From a virus (taxonomy: Duplodnaviria > Heunggongvirae > Uroviricota > Caudoviricetes), in IMG/VR virus record IMGVR_UViG_3300020048_006428, positions 55,178-119,177 of that record: a stretch of 64,000 bases of DNA. The stretch is one strand, 5' to 3'. Positions 1-10,190 of the stretch are shown one piece after another. The notes below the pieces were generated by a model that was given only the letters and a program-made list of their open reading frames with translations, was not told where the DNA came from and did no database searches. A program made the translations under genes and the position numbers. The number at the start of each line of letters is the position of its first letter. Within the stretch, counting starts at the first letter, position 1.

Positions 1-87
1 TATAAGAAAGTCTTGGGAATCATTATTAAGTTTAATAAAAACAAATAAAATAACAATTACCGTTTTTAATATATAAAAATAAAAAAT

Positions 88-882
88 ATGTTATTAAAAA
101 TTGGTAGTAATGGTGAAGATGTTAAAAAGCTTCAAGAAAAACTTGGATTAATAGCTGATGGTGATTTTGGTGCAAATACTGAAACTGCTGTTAAAACTTG
201 GCAGAAGAACAATGGTCTATCTGCTGATGGTGTTGTTGGTGACATAACTTGGAAGAAGATGTTTTCTGTTGTATTGGTAGAAGAGTTAAACCTATCAAGA
301 CTTAAAGGAATTATACCTGATAAAGTTATAAATGAAATACCTGAAACTGCTAAAAGATTTAATATAACAAATAATCTTAGATTATCACATTTTTTGGCAC
401 AATGTTCAGTAGAAAGTGGTAATTTTGTTGCCGTTTTAGAAAATCTAAATTATTCATCTGATGGACTTAAAAGGGTATTTCCAAGATATTTCCCTGATAA
501 TTTAAGTGAATCATATGCAAGACAACCAGAAAAAATAGCTAATAGAGTTTATGGTTCAAGACTTGGAAATGGTGATGAATTAAGTGGCGAAGGTTATAAA
601 TATAGGGGTAGAGGTTATCTACAACTTACAGGAAAATCAAATTATGAAGCATTTTCTAAATTTATTGGCGAAGATTGTGTTGCTAATCCAGATTTGGTAG
701 CAACTAAATATCCGTTAGCATCTGTTGGATTTTTCTTTAATACTTATAAAGCTTGGGATATATGTGACTTAGGATCAGATGTAAATACAGTAACACTTGT
801 ATCAAAAAGAGTTAATGGTGGAACAAATGGATTAGAAGAAAGAATTAAAAAATTTGCATATTTTTATAATATACTAAAATAA
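88..882 (+). CDS. Endolysin: N-terminal peptidoglycan-binding domain + GH19 (chitinase/lysozyme-like) domain
   Basis: PG_binding_1-like DGDFGANTETAVKTWQ...DGVVG; GH19 motifs FLAQCSVES, ENLNYS, YRGRGYLQLTGKSNY, VNGGTNGLEER. Confidence 0.9.
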   Translation: MLLKIGSNGEDVKKLQEKLGLIADGDFGANTETAVKTWQKNNGLSADGVVGDITWKKMFSVVLVEELNLSRLKGIIPDKVINEIPETAKRFNITNNLRLSHFLAQCSVESGNFVAVLENLNYSSDGLKRVFPRYFPDNLSESYARQPEKIANRVYGSRLGNGDELSGEGYKYRGRGYLQLTGKSNYEAFSKFIGEDCVANPDLVATKYPLASVGFFFNTYKAWDICDLGSDVNTVTLVSKRVNGGTNGLEERIKKFAYFYNILK

Positions 883-893
883 CTAAAATAACT

Positions 894-1418
894 ATGAAAT
901 ACTTAAAATTATTTGAAAATTTCTTTGGTGATGAAACTAAAGAAAAAATATTACGCTTTCTTAAATCTGGTGATTTTTCACTTACAATTCAACTTTGCGA
1001 TGGACAAAATATTGACTTTGATGAATTTATATATGAATATGCAAAGACTAAAAATCCTGATTTATTAGAAGATGATTACATAAATATTTATGTTAATATA
1101 TCTAATGATTATATCAAATCTGAATATATTTGTATAAGACCAAAAATATTTTGTAATGATGGGTTTAGTTTATCTGTTCAAGGCGCATATGGATCATATT
1201 CATGGCCAAGAAAAGATAAAGCTAATCATTATTCTGAAATGGAAATTGGATTTCCATCTGAAAAAGAACCTATTTTAACTGAATATGGAGAAGACCAATT
1301 TGAAGAAGATTCTGATGAATATAGTGATATTTATCCTTATGTTCCAATTGAACTAATAAATAAAGTGTTATTAAAACATGGTGGAATTGACTATGAAAAA
1401 ACACTTGGACAAAAATAA
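894..1418 (+). CDS. Hypothetical phage protein with N-terminal MKYLKLFENF peptide
   Basis: Intact ORF; shared N-terminal motif; C-terminal DGFSLSVQ...EIGFPS...YPYVP...HGGI block. Confidence 0.7.
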   Translation: MKYLKLFENFFGDETKEKILRFLKSGDFSLTIQLCDGQNIDFDEFIYEYAKTKNPDLLEDDYINIYVNISNDYIKSEYICIRPKIFCNDGFSLSVQGAYGSYSWPRKDKANHYSEMEIGFPSEKEPILTEYGEDQFEEDSDEYSDIYPYVPIELINKVLLKHGGIDYEKTLGQK

Positions 1419-1426
1419 ATTAATAT

Positions 1427-2935
1427 ATGTTAAAGAAGTATGATGATTTCTTATTAGAATCTTTATTAATGGAATCTATCTTAGTATATTCCGATGATTT
1501 TAGAAAAATATTAAAAAATGTTGAATCACCAATAGCAACTTATTTATTGGATGCAGAAGATGTAGATTTAGAATTATCAAATAATTATATAGATATATCG
1601 GATAAACCAAACCAAATATCATTTATCAGTGATGAAAAAGGACAAAAATTAGCGAATGATAAAAATATTCAATATATCGGAACAAGTATTAACTATTATA
1701 TAAGTGATTATTTTATAGATGATGTTTGTGTTCCACTTGAATTTGATACTAAGGGTAAGTTTCTTATGGAACTACCAGTTAATTCATCAAACGGAACTAT
1801 TCTAAAAACATTAAATTATGATGGTAAAATTTATTATAAATGTCAATTTGATGATGATATTTATTTATTAAATAGTGAAAACTCAATGATAATTGGTAAA
1901 ACACCATTTAATTCAAATAGGCAGGACATAAAAATAGGAAGAGGAATTAGAGGTATTTTAAACTCTGCTAAAATTAAATATACTGATTCTGAAATAGAAA
2001 CATTTGTTAATAAATATAAGGCTGAAATAGATATATTAAATGATCAATTTAATAATTTTGAATTAACAAGTGGTTATGATATAGCATATTGGTATAATAG
2101 TAATAGATATTATTCAGATAGTGGAACATTAGGAAACTCTTGTATGGCTGATGTTAATAGTGGTAGGTTTGATATTTATTGTGATAATCCAGATGTTTGT
2201 AAGTTATTGATATTAAAACAAGATAAGTCTAAAATAAAAGGTAGGGCATTAGTTTGGAAACTTTCAAATGGTGATACTTTTATGGATAGGGTATATACGA
2301 ATAATGATAATGATTTTGAACTATTCAATAAATATGCTAAATTAAATGGTTGGAAAAGAAAAAAAGCAAATGATAGTTCCACTGATTTTGTGGTGGTTTT
2401 ACCAAATGGTGAAGAAGTTGATAGTGGTTCTTTGAAAATTAATATAAAAGGCGGTAGTTTTGATTATTATCCATATTTAGATACATTTTGTTACTATTAT
2501 TTAAATAATGGAATATTATCAAACAGCGATGATTTAAGGGGTGATTATATAACATTATGTGATGCTGATGATGGTAAATGGAATGAATATTGCTATGATT
2601 GTGATGAAACAGGCATTACAGAATGTGGTAGATGTGAAGGTTATGGAAAAGTAGACTGTGATGAATGTAAAGGTAGCTGTAAAGTAGAATGTTCAGAATG
2701 TGAAGGTAGCTGTAAAGTAGAATGTTCAGAATGTGAAGGTTTTGGTGAAATAGAAGGAGAAGATGGTGAAATGGTAGAATGTTCAGAATGTGATGGTGAT
2801 GGTAAAGTAGAATGTTCAGAATGTGAAGGTGATGGTAAAGTAGAATGTTCAGAATGTGATGGTGAAGGTGAAGTAGAATGTCCAAATTGTGATGGTGATT
2901 GTGAAGTAGAATGTCATTGTAGAGAATCATTATAA
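1427..2935 (+). CDS. 'SCM' paralog family protein with C-terminal DnaJ-like CxxCxGxG zinc-finger repeats
   Basis: Core GTLGNSCM...FDIY...GRALVW...MDRVY...YPYLDTF shared with ORFs at 6224, 52136 and 56422; about 9 CxxCxGxG-type units at the C-terminus. Confidence 0.75.
   Translation: MLKKYDDFLLESLLMESILVYSDDFRKILKNVESPIATYLLDAEDVDLELSNNYIDISDKPNQISFISDEKGQKLANDKNIQYIGTSINYYISDYFIDDVCVPLEFDTKGKFLMELPVNSSNGTILKTLNYDGKIYYKCQFDDDIYLLNSENSMIIGKTPFNSNRQDIKIGRGIRGILNSAKIKYTDSEIETFVNKYKAEIDILNDQFNNFELTSGYDIAYWYNSNRYYSDSGTLGNSCMADVNSGRFDIYCDNPDVCKLLILKQDKSKIKGRALVWKLSNGDTFMDRVYTNNDNDFELFNKYAKLNGWKRKKANDSSTDFVVVLPNGEEVDSGSLKINIKGGSFDYYPYLDTFCYYYLNNGILSNSDDLRGDYITLCDADDGKWNEYCYDCDETGITECGRCEGYGKVDCDECKGSCKVECSECEGSCKVECSECEGFGEIEGEDGEMVECSECDGDGKVECSECEGDGKVECSECDGEGEVECPNCDGDCEVECHCRESL
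2591..2920 (+). repeat. ~33-bp tandem coding repeats (VECSECEGDGK-like zinc-finger units)
   Basis: Repeated gtagaatgttcagaatgtga seen directly. Confidence 0.9.
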
Positions 2936-2993
2936 CTGAGTTCTACCAAATCCAAAAGATTTGATTCGATGATCAGGTCTGTTTTTAGCAATT

Positions 2994-3036
2994 AAAAATT
3001 AGTCTGATATATTAAATTATATCAGACTAATTTTTT
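2994..3036. terminator. Bidirectional intrinsic terminator
   Basis: aaaaattagtctgatata-loop-tatatcagactaatttttt between convergent genes. Confidence 0.8.
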
Positions 3037-3928
3037 ATATACCTTTAAAAATATGGCTTATTACATCAACTGTCCAACCATTACCTAACATTCTATATCT
3101 TTGTGTATCACTTAAACCTTTTGTGTATTGTTCAGGAACAGTTTGTAATCTTTCACATTCTAATGGTGTAAGTCTTCTAAATCCACTTTCGCTTTCTTCA
3201 CAAATTATATATGGGCAATGTGGTGGTTGTTTATAATAAGATGCTAATAATGGTTTTGATTTTTCATTTAAAGTATTATGTTTCCATTTATAACTTTTTA
3301 AGAAGGCTAAATGATGTTTAAATGATAAATGATATTTTTTATCAACTGAATCTTCAATAATATCTTTTAAAGTTTCTTTATTAGTAGGTAGTTCTTTTAT
3401 TGGTATATTAGTCCAATATAAACGTTGTCTATTTTGTGCAGAAAATAAATTGCTATTTATTAATATAGGTTCTATATTTAGAATACTTGATATTAATTTT
3501 TTCCATTTATTTTCCATCTTAACATTTTCTAAAAGGAAATATTTTGGTTTAACTTCATTTAATATTCTTATATATTCCCAAAATAAATAAGATTGTCCAT
3601 CAAATTCAAATCCTGTATTTTTTAAATCTAAATATTGTTTTAATGATGTTATATCTATACTATCCTTAGTTACCATTCCTTGTCTTTTACCTGCAAACGT
3701 GAAATTTTGACAAGGACTACCACCAAACATTAAATCTATTTTTGGTAATTCAAATCCGTTTACTTTAGAAACATCACCTAATTGTATAGTATTTGGATAA
3801 TTATTTTTAGTGACTTGAGTAGCATATTTATCTATTTCAGATGCAAAATAATTATCGTATTTTATACCTAATTTATTTAAAGCTATCTGTCCACAGGACA
3901 TACCATCAAAAAGACTTAATATATTCAT
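3035..3928 (-). CDS. DNA (cytosine-5) methyltransferase
   Basis: Motif I LSLFDG, motif IV GGSPCQ, motif VI LENV, QNRQRLYW, motif X LGNGW. Confidence 0.92.
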   Translation of the reverse strand: MNILSLFDGMSCGQIALNKLGIKYDNYFASEIDKYATQVTKNNYPNTIQLGDVSKVNGFELPKIDLMFGGSPCQNFTFAGKRQGMVTKDSIDITSLKQYLDLKNTGFEFDGQSYLFWEYIRILNEVKPKYFLLENVKMENKWKKLISSILNIEPILINSNLFSAQNRQRLYWTNIPIKELPTNKETLKDIIEDSVDKKYHLSFKHHLAFLKSYKWKHNTLNEKSKPLLASYYKQPPHCPYIICEESESGFRRLTPLECERLQTVPEQYTKGLSDTQRYRMLGNGWTVDVISHIFKGI

Positions 3929-4365
3929 TGTACACCTAATATTATTTTTGGATATCTAACTATTTTACCATTTATACTATACCCTTTACTTACAACATCT
4001 ATAATCTTTTGTTCACCAACATTTAAAATAGAAATAACTTCGTGTATATCTGAATCATAATTTTCAGTTTGAATACATTCTACATTTTGATTTTGTAAGA
4101 ACTTATCTATTTTAGACATAATCAATTTAATACCATCATCAATTGTTATGTTTTTTAATGCTAATGATAAATCAGAATCTAAATCTAAGATAGAATTTAA
4201 AACATCATTTTTAACTGATGTTTTAATATCTTCTTTTTCTTTTAAAGTTCTTTTTTTATAATTATCAAACTCTGCTAATAATCTAAGATATTTATCATCT
4301 GCTTCTTTTTTTATTAAATCAACTTCTTCTATTGAATAAGTTTTAATATCTAAATTTTCTTCCAT
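3925..4365 (-). CDS. grpE: Nucleotide exchange factor GrpE
   Basis: DKYLRLLAEFDNYKKR, HEVI, KGY...IVRYPKI hallmark motifs. Confidence 0.9.
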   Translation of the reverse strand: MEENLDIKTYSIEEVDLIKKEADDKYLRLLAEFDNYKKRTLKEKEDIKTSVKNDVLNSILDLDSDLSLALKNITIDDGIKLIMSKIDKFLQNQNVECIQTENYDSDIHEVISILNVGEQKIIDVVSKGYSINGKIVRYPKIILGVQ

Positions 4366-4370
4366 ATATA

Positions 4371-4859
4371 TTAATAGTTGTTAAATTTTAATAGTTTTTT
4401 TACTGCATTTGAATTATAGAATTCATAGCTTATATTTTGAATTGTAGCTTTTGTTATTTCTAATTGCTCAAGGTTTGTTTTTAGTTTATCAACATATTGC
4501 TTTAAATCTATCAAAGAATTTGAATATTGAATTGTTGGTTCCCAACATTCTGGGAATTTGTCTAAAAACTTTTGAATGCTTATTTCTATGGTCTTCTTTT
4601 TTATTAATAGAACATCCTTTTCTTTCACAGATCTAATTGTTAAGAAATGAATTAGATAATCATTAAATCTATGTATTAGATTATCAGTTTCCATAACTTT
4701 TAATAATCCAATTACTATTGCATCTCGTTCACTTAATTCAAATTCTTCATTTTCTTTTAATAGTTTTTCAGCTTCTTTATCTGATCCAACTATATAATAC
4801 GCATATGAATCCCACAAACATCTTTTTACTATATCTTCTGGCGTTACAAATATTTTCAT
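4371..4859 (-). CDS. Hypothetical protein
   Basis: Intact 162-aa ORF heading the grpE-methylase operon, preceded by a TAAAC-N17-TATAAT motif. Confidence 0.7.
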   Translation of the reverse strand: MKIFVTPEDIVKRCLWDSYAYYIVGSDKEAEKLLKENEEFELSERDAIVIGLLKVMETDNLIHRFNDYLIHFLTIRSVKEKDVLLIKKKTIEISIQKFLDKFPECWEPTIQYSNSLIDLKQYVDKLKTNLEQLEITKATIQNISYEFYNSNAVKKLLKFNNY

Positions 4860-4883
4860 TTAAATAATTATTTTTTAGTAAAA

Positions 4884-4911
4884 ATTATATGGTTAATTTT
4901 AAATTTGTTTA
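4884..4911 (-). promoter_or_regulatory. Putative class-II promoter TAAAC-N17-TATAAT
   Basis: Reverse strand taaac aaatttaaaattaacca tataat; the motif recurs before at least 8 non-structural genes. Confidence 0.6.
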
Positions 4912-4915
4912 AAAA

Positions 4916-5128
4916 TTAACCACAATTACATTTGTTTTTTACAAATAATATAAAATTACATGAATATTTATTCTCTAAATCTTCTATAAAAATTTCATTT
5001 GAATTTCTTATTATTTCTTCGTATATTCTAAATTTCTTATTAAATAAAAAAGACTTAGCTATTAACTGTTGTCTTGAATTTAGATTGTTTATAAGATTAT
5101 TTAACTTGATAATTAATTCTGCTGTCAT
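4916..5128 (-). CDS. Hypothetical protein
   Basis: Short ORF overlapping the stop of its upstream neighbour in a minus-strand run. Confidence 0.5.
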   Translation of the reverse strand: MTAELIIKLNNLINNLNSRQQLIAKSFLFNKKFRIYEEIIRNSNEIFIEDLENKYSCNFILFVKNKCNCG

Positions 5129-5544
5129 AAAGTAAATCCTTTTTGTAGATATAATAGAAATCTTTCCGGTAAATATACATTTTCTAATTTTAATGCCTTT
5201 CTAAATAATGGTGCAATTTCATCAACATTAAACCCAGCTAAATGACATCCAATTTCAGTGACATAAAATATCAAATCTTTATTCACTTTAGCAAATTCAA
5301 TAAATTTATCAACACCATCTTTTACTTCTTGTAAAGTGACTGGTAAATAATCTTTTCTTAATTCTTTTGTTATTATTGCATAAGAATTACCCATTAATCC
5401 TTCTGATTGCCCATATATTGCCCAAAATTTTTTCATAGCAATTAAAGCAGCACCTTTTCCGTGTCTGCCTTGTCGATTTGACCCAAAAACAAATATTTCA
5501 TTATTTTTTAGATTACTAATATTATTTGGTGTTAATCTTTTCAA
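5125..5544 (-). CDS. A1S_2505-like phage protein (possible macrodomain-like fold)
   Basis: EIFVFGSNxxGxHGxGAA...YVTEIGC..AGF...EIAPLF motif; TTG start. Confidence 0.7.
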   Translation of the reverse strand: MKRLTPNNISNLKNNEIFVFGSNRQGRHGKGAALIAMKKFWAIYGQSEGLMGNSYAIITKELRKDYLPVTLQEVKDGVDKFIEFAKVNKDLIFYVTEIGCHLAGFNVDEIAPLFRKALKLENVYLPERFLLYLQKGFTL

Positions 5545-5806
5545 GTATATTTAAAATTTTAATTTTTCTATCAAAATTTTTCGGAATAAACATTTCTTGT
5601 AAAGCTTTAACTGAAAATATTTTTGTAGATTCACTTATAGTTTTACAAAAATCTATTTTTTTATCAATTTCTTTCAATCTATTTTCTTCTTCAATTTTAT
5701 ACAAAATATTATAAATATAGTATTTTCTTTTAATATCATTTGAATCATAATTATTTCCAAATTTACCATAAATTGAATTAATCATTTTCTTCCCTTTATA
5801 ACACAT
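5522..5806 (-). CDS. Hypothetical protein
   Basis: ORF in a contiguous minus-strand run. Confidence 0.5.
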   Translation of the reverse strand: MCYKGKKMINSIYGKFGNNYDSNDIKRKYYIYNILYKIEEENRLKEIDKKIDFCKTISESTKIFSVKALQEMFIPKNFDRKIKILNILEKINTK

Positions 5807-6209
5807 TTCTTATATCCATTAAAATTTTACCTAAATAATTTTTACCAATTCCATTACAAACACCCCAATAATTATCATTCCAGGTGTTTGTTTCTTCTAA
5901 ATAAGAATCTGTTGTTTCTAACAACAGATTCCCTAATAATTCGTTTCTTGTGAATTTATCATAAACAATATTATACATTATATTCAATTTAACTAAATCC
6001 CAATCTTTTCTTTTATCTATAATTTTACCCAATCTTTTAGATTCTTTTGCTGATATATCTAAAAATATATGTCTATCAGAACTATTTATTAATTTTGCTG
6101 ATTGATAAGCATTTTCAGAAGAATTAAACACCAATCCATCATAATATACTTTACAAGTATAAAAATTAGATAGAAATCTATATTTTCCAAAAAATCCACT
6201 TATTTTCAT
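5796..6209 (-). CDS. NADAR (YbiA/DUF1768) family protein
   Basis: FLSNFY, SSENAYQSAK, KRLG, DW, KF..N, LLET, EE...DNYWG, GKNYLGKILM. Confidence 0.9.
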   Translation of the reverse strand: MKISGFFGKYRFLSNFYTCKVYYDGLVFNSSENAYQSAKLINSSDRHIFLDISAKESKRLGKIIDKRKDWDLVKLNIMYNIVYDKFTRNELLGNLLLETTDSYLEETNTWNDNYWGVCNGIGKNYLGKILMDIRNVL

Positions 6210-6223
6210 AAATTTTATATTAT

Positions 6224-7933
6224 CTATACTTTATTAAGTTTATATCTATAGTAAATAAATATTGATAACATTTCTTTATTGTTTGCTAATGATGTTTCAA
6301 CTATATTTAATAATTCTTCTACTGACCAAGTCATAATTCCAAACCAATCAAGTAATTCTAAATAACCTACATCTCCTATTAAACTAACAATAAAATTCTT
6401 ATATGGTGTGATGTCAAATCTATTCCTACAATTTCTTAGGTTTAAATAAACATTTACCATTGCTATATTTTTAATACCTACTGTTTTTTGAACTATGTAA
6501 CCATTATAAATATTTTCAATTCTTGAAAGAACATTATTAGAAAATCTATATTTCAAAAGATATTCTGCTAATTTTTCAAGTCCATCAATATCCATAGATT
6601 GTTCAAATTGTTTTACATTTTCCTTTGTTTTCAAAATCCATTTGTCTAAATATACATTAAAAAATAATTGTGATTTATGACATAAATATTCTGTTCCATT
6701 TATATTAATATTTATTAATAATTTTATTTCATCTTTATGTGTGTAATCACTATTAAATTCATTATCAATCTTGTCATATAATTCAAATTCTATTGCTTCA
6801 TCTGCTGGTAAAGAACAACTATGTATATCTGAATGAACTGATTTATTATAAAGTATATATGTATCCAAATAATCAGAATAAACTATTTGATATGATGTTG
6901 AAAGATAGTATTCACCTTCGGATTCAACAAAAACTGCTTCACCATCAGGCACCCAAGATTGAACATCAACACAATAAACTGCATCATTTGAATCTACTTT
7001 TAGATCAAATTCATTTGAGTAAACTTGACCTGAGCTTGATAGCCCATTTGTCTGTCTTAATCTATTTTGTCTATTTTCTTCATTTGTTATTTCATATGTT
7101 TTTGGATAATATGCTTCAAAAGTGTCCATATATGGAAACATTTTATAATCATATTTTTTTAATACAACTTTCATATATTCCCTATTATCAGAATCATAAA
7201 TTTTCATATTATTTTCTTTTGCATATTCCAAAAATAAATTTGCATCAGAATCATAATTACAATATATCCTATCCATATAATACTCACCTGTTGATAATTT
7301 CCAAATCAATGCTCTTCCAACAATCTTATTTGGATTATCTCTTTTTAAGATTAAAAGACTACAAACTTCTGGATTTTTTGTATAAATGTCAAAAAACATT
7401 TGACATTTTTTATATCGCATACAAGAATTACTTAAATCACCTGTTTTTTCTTGGTAATTATCTACCAAATACCATTTTTTAATTTCATCACCCTTAACCA
7501 ATTCAAATGATGATGAACTATATATTTTATTAAATGTAGATTTATATAAATTTACAAAAATAGGCAATTCCTTACTTGGAAAATCTGTTAATACTTTATT
7601 TACAAATCTACCTATTGCAATTTCAGATCTTTGTTTTTTCCATAAAGTATGATTTGAATCACTCGTAACAACTTCTAAATTCTTATCTATATCTTCTTCC
7701 CCTAATGTATTTACAATCCTATTTACTTGTATAAAAGATACTGAATTATCCTTATCTGTTATATCAATTAATGTAAAGTCTTTTTTATTATCCACATCAT
7801 TTTCTATATCCAATAACTTATTAGTTATTGGATTATCAATCATTTTGAATAATTCTTTTAATTTAGTGGAATAAATTAATGGTAATGTTTTTATACTTTC
7901 TAAAAACAACTCGTAATTTTTAATATTTTTCAT
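6224..7933 (-). CDS. 'SCM' paralog family protein
   Basis: GDLSNSCMR...FFDIY...GRALIW...YMDRIY...FPYMDTF; N-terminal YELFLES. Confidence 0.75.
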   Translation of the reverse strand: MKNIKNYELFLESIKTLPLIYSTKLKELFKMIDNPITNKLLDIENDVDNKKDFTLIDITDKDNSVSFIQVNRIVNTLGEEDIDKNLEVVTSDSNHTLWKKQRSEIAIGRFVNKVLTDFPSKELPIFVNLYKSTFNKIYSSSSFELVKGDEIKKWYLVDNYQEKTGDLSNSCMRYKKCQMFFDIYTKNPEVCSLLILKRDNPNKIVGRALIWKLSTGEYYMDRIYCNYDSDANLFLEYAKENNMKIYDSDNREYMKVVLKKYDYKMFPYMDTFEAYYPKTYEITNEENRQNRLRQTNGLSSSGQVYSNEFDLKVDSNDAVYCVDVQSWVPDGEAVFVESEGEYYLSTSYQIVYSDYLDTYILYNKSVHSDIHSCSLPADEAIEFELYDKIDNEFNSDYTHKDEIKLLINININGTEYLCHKSQLFFNVYLDKWILKTKENVKQFEQSMDIDGLEKLAEYLLKYRFSNNVLSRIENIYNGYIVQKTVGIKNIAMVNVYLNLRNCRNRFDITPYKNFIVSLIGDVGYLELLDWFGIMTWSVEELLNIVETSLANNKEMLSIFIYYRYKLNKV

Positions 7934-7951
7934 ATATTATATATTAATATT

Positions 7952-10165
7952 TTAATACCAATTTCGACCATTCAAATTCTTCATCTCCTTAGCATATTTC
8001 CTTTGCTTATTTATTTTTATAATACTTGAATAGTCAATTCCTTCAACATAATCAACCTGTTTTATATAACTATTCCACAATAATAATTTATCATTAGAAA
8101 TGTTTTTATTTGCATAATCTTCAACCATTTCCCTAAATTCATATTTAGAAAATACACTAGCCCCATTTATAAGAGTCATTACTGTATCATCATTTCCAAT
8201 ATCAGCAGCATATCTTATGTTTCCTGATGGGGTTATGTGTTTAACAAATGTTGTTATTTCATTTATATTTTCTTCATTTGAAATAATAAAATTCTTTTTA
8301 CCCATTGCTTCTTGGTAATCCTTAACCAACATGTTTTTATTGTCACCTATCTTTATACCAATTTTTTCTTCTAAAGCATCTGCTCTATGTTTATATCTAA
8401 AAAATATATTTGAACCATAATTATTTCTACCTTCAAATAAATGTGGTAAATGCGCCAATAATTCATTTCCATATGTGTTTATTTCTAAAACAACCTTGAA
8501 ATTTTCATTATTGAAATATTCAAATGCTAAAACATAAAATAATTCAGCTAACTGTTTAACAGAAACTAAATTGGATCTATATATACCAATCTGTTGCAAA
8601 CAAAAGAAATCTGATAAATGTGTATATGTTGATTTTTGCATTTCTATCAACTCATCTGATTTTTCTTTTATCTTAAATATATTCATAATTGAATAATCCT
8701 GTCCTAAACCTTCTGATAAGTCAATAGATATTATACCACTAACACTATTACGCATTAATGGACTAAATACATCATCATCTTGGATCCATTTTAAATCTTT
8801 ATACGAAAATTTTAATCTATTACTAAATTCAGTCAATTCTTCATATTCATAATGCTTCTTATTGTTTATCAAATTATCTATTATAGCTTCACTTAATAAC
8901 GATCTTGTTGCATTAACAAATCTTAATCCATATTCTTGATTAAAAGCATCTTCCCCACCAATATCCTTAATAGCTTCTTCTTTCCAAGTTGTTACTTCTG
9001 CAACCGCTCTAATTGGAATTAACATACCATCTTCCCTTGTAATTTGGAATTGTTTAGCTAATTCATCAGTACAAAATTCATTGTTATATATGTATATAAC
9101 ATCTTTCATTAAATCCGGTATATATTTAACTTCAACCTTAGTTAACTCACCAAACGCTTCTTTTACCTGTTCAAATATCGTATCTTTATCTAAATTATTT
9201 TCATACATTAAATGTGGATTTAATCTGAAATATGTAACAAATCTACCCTTAACCTGATACCAATAAACACGCATTGCTTTATAGTTATTCTTTGATGGAT
9301 CACCATATGGTCTTTCAGCATCACTTAATAATTTATGAAATAAATTCATACCATTTGGGGTGGATGTAATTACAATCTTTGAATTGTTAATAGCAGATAC
9401 AGTTGGGAATGCTGCTGTATAATAAGGTTCTATAATATTACTTGGAATATGCGCAAATTCATCCAGATACAAAAAGTCAATAGTAAAACCAATTGCTGGT
9501 GTCTTACTTCTTGCTGATGATTTTATTCTGCACCCATTCTCAAAAATCATTGTTCTTTGATTCCAGTTCTTTATACCAGATTTTAAGAAAAAAGGTAATA
9601 ATGAATAGATAGACTTAATCTTATCAATAATTTCAATAGTAGTACCCGCTACATTCGCTACAATCATTATATTCTTATCATTGTTGAATATAACGAAATG
9701 TAACATTGTTATGGCAGCATTTACTGTATTATGGCTTAATATACCATTTGTGTAAAATCTATGATCTTTGTGGTCTATACTTAAATCAAACATAGAAACA
9801 CTATTACTCTTCTTTATTATATTTTTAATTGATATTAAACCATCATCAGTTTGTATAACATCACCAATCTTTAAATCTTTACAAAATACTTGATTATAAT
9901 CTTTATCAAATAATATATGATTATCTGCACATTCAATATTATATCCATTTTCTAACTCTATTAAATAAATCTTATAAGGTTGTGTTATATGAATATCTGT
10001 TGCTTTAACATAGCCATCATCAGATTTTACTAATAAGGTTAAATTAGATATAGTATTTAATATTTTTTTTGAAATATCATCTTCATCCAACTTTAAGTTT
10101 CTATATTCATATCTTTCAATTAATTGAATTATATAATATATTATTTTAATAATAATTTTAAACAT
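7952..10165 (-). CDS. Terminase large subunit (T4 gp17-like), C-terminal part, preceded by the C-half of a split intein
   Basis: Walker B YLDEFAH, ITSTPNG, FNQEY, nuclease DLSEGLGQDYS and DDTVM; residues 1-146 are intein-like and end in SHN/T. Confidence 0.92.
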   Translation of the reverse strand: MFKIIIKIIYYIIQLIERYEYRNLKLDEDDISKKILNTISNLTLLVKSDDGYVKATDIHITQPYKIYLIELENGYNIECADNHILFDKDYNQVFCKDLKIGDVIQTDDGLISIKNIIKKSNSVSMFDLSIDHKDHRFYTNGILSHNTVNAAITMLHFVIFNNDKNIMIVANVAGTTIEIIDKIKSIYSLLPFFLKSGIKNWNQRTMIFENGCRIKSSARSKTPAIGFTIDFLYLDEFAHIPSNIIEPYYTAAFPTVSAINNSKIVITSTPNGMNLFHKLLSDAERPYGDPSKNNYKAMRVYWYQVKGRFVTYFRLNPHLMYENNLDKDTIFEQVKEAFGELTKVEVKYIPDLMKDVIYIYNNEFCTDELAKQFQITREDGMLIPIRAVAEVTTWKEEAIKDIGGEDAFNQEYGLRFVNATRSLLSEAIIDNLINNKKHYEYEELTEFSNRLKFSYKDLKWIQDDDVFSPLMRNSVSGIISIDLSEGLGQDYSIMNIFKIKEKSDELIEMQKSTYTHLSDFFCLQQIGIYRSNLVSVKQLAELFYVLAFEYFNNENFKVVLEINTYGNELLAHLPHLFEGRNNYGSNIFFRYKHRADALEEKIGIKIGDNKNMLVKDYQEAMGKKNFIISNEENINEITTFVKHITPSGNIRYAADIGNDDTVMTLINGASVFSKYEFREMVEDYANKNISNDKLLLWNSYIKQVDYVEGIDYSSIIKINKQRKYAKEMKNLNGRNWY
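9728..10165 (-). mobile_element. Split intein C-fragment (146 aa)
   Basis: Block B-like ECADNH, DLKIGD, block F MFDLSI, block G FYTNGILSHN followed by +1 Thr. Confidence 0.88.
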
Positions 10166-10190
10166 TATTTATTCTTTTTTTTAATAAAAA

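Noticed and set aside
2616-2930. His-rich antisense ORFs (also 34692-35381, 52212-52686, 53827-54021, 6793-7482)
   Set aside because: Antisense or alternate-frame shadows of repeat-rich or Asp/Glu/Cys-rich real genes.
2936-2995. In-frame continuation after the TAA of ORF 1427 (possible readthrough)
   Set aside because: Short, and the paralog at 52136 ends at the equivalent position; no supporting signal.
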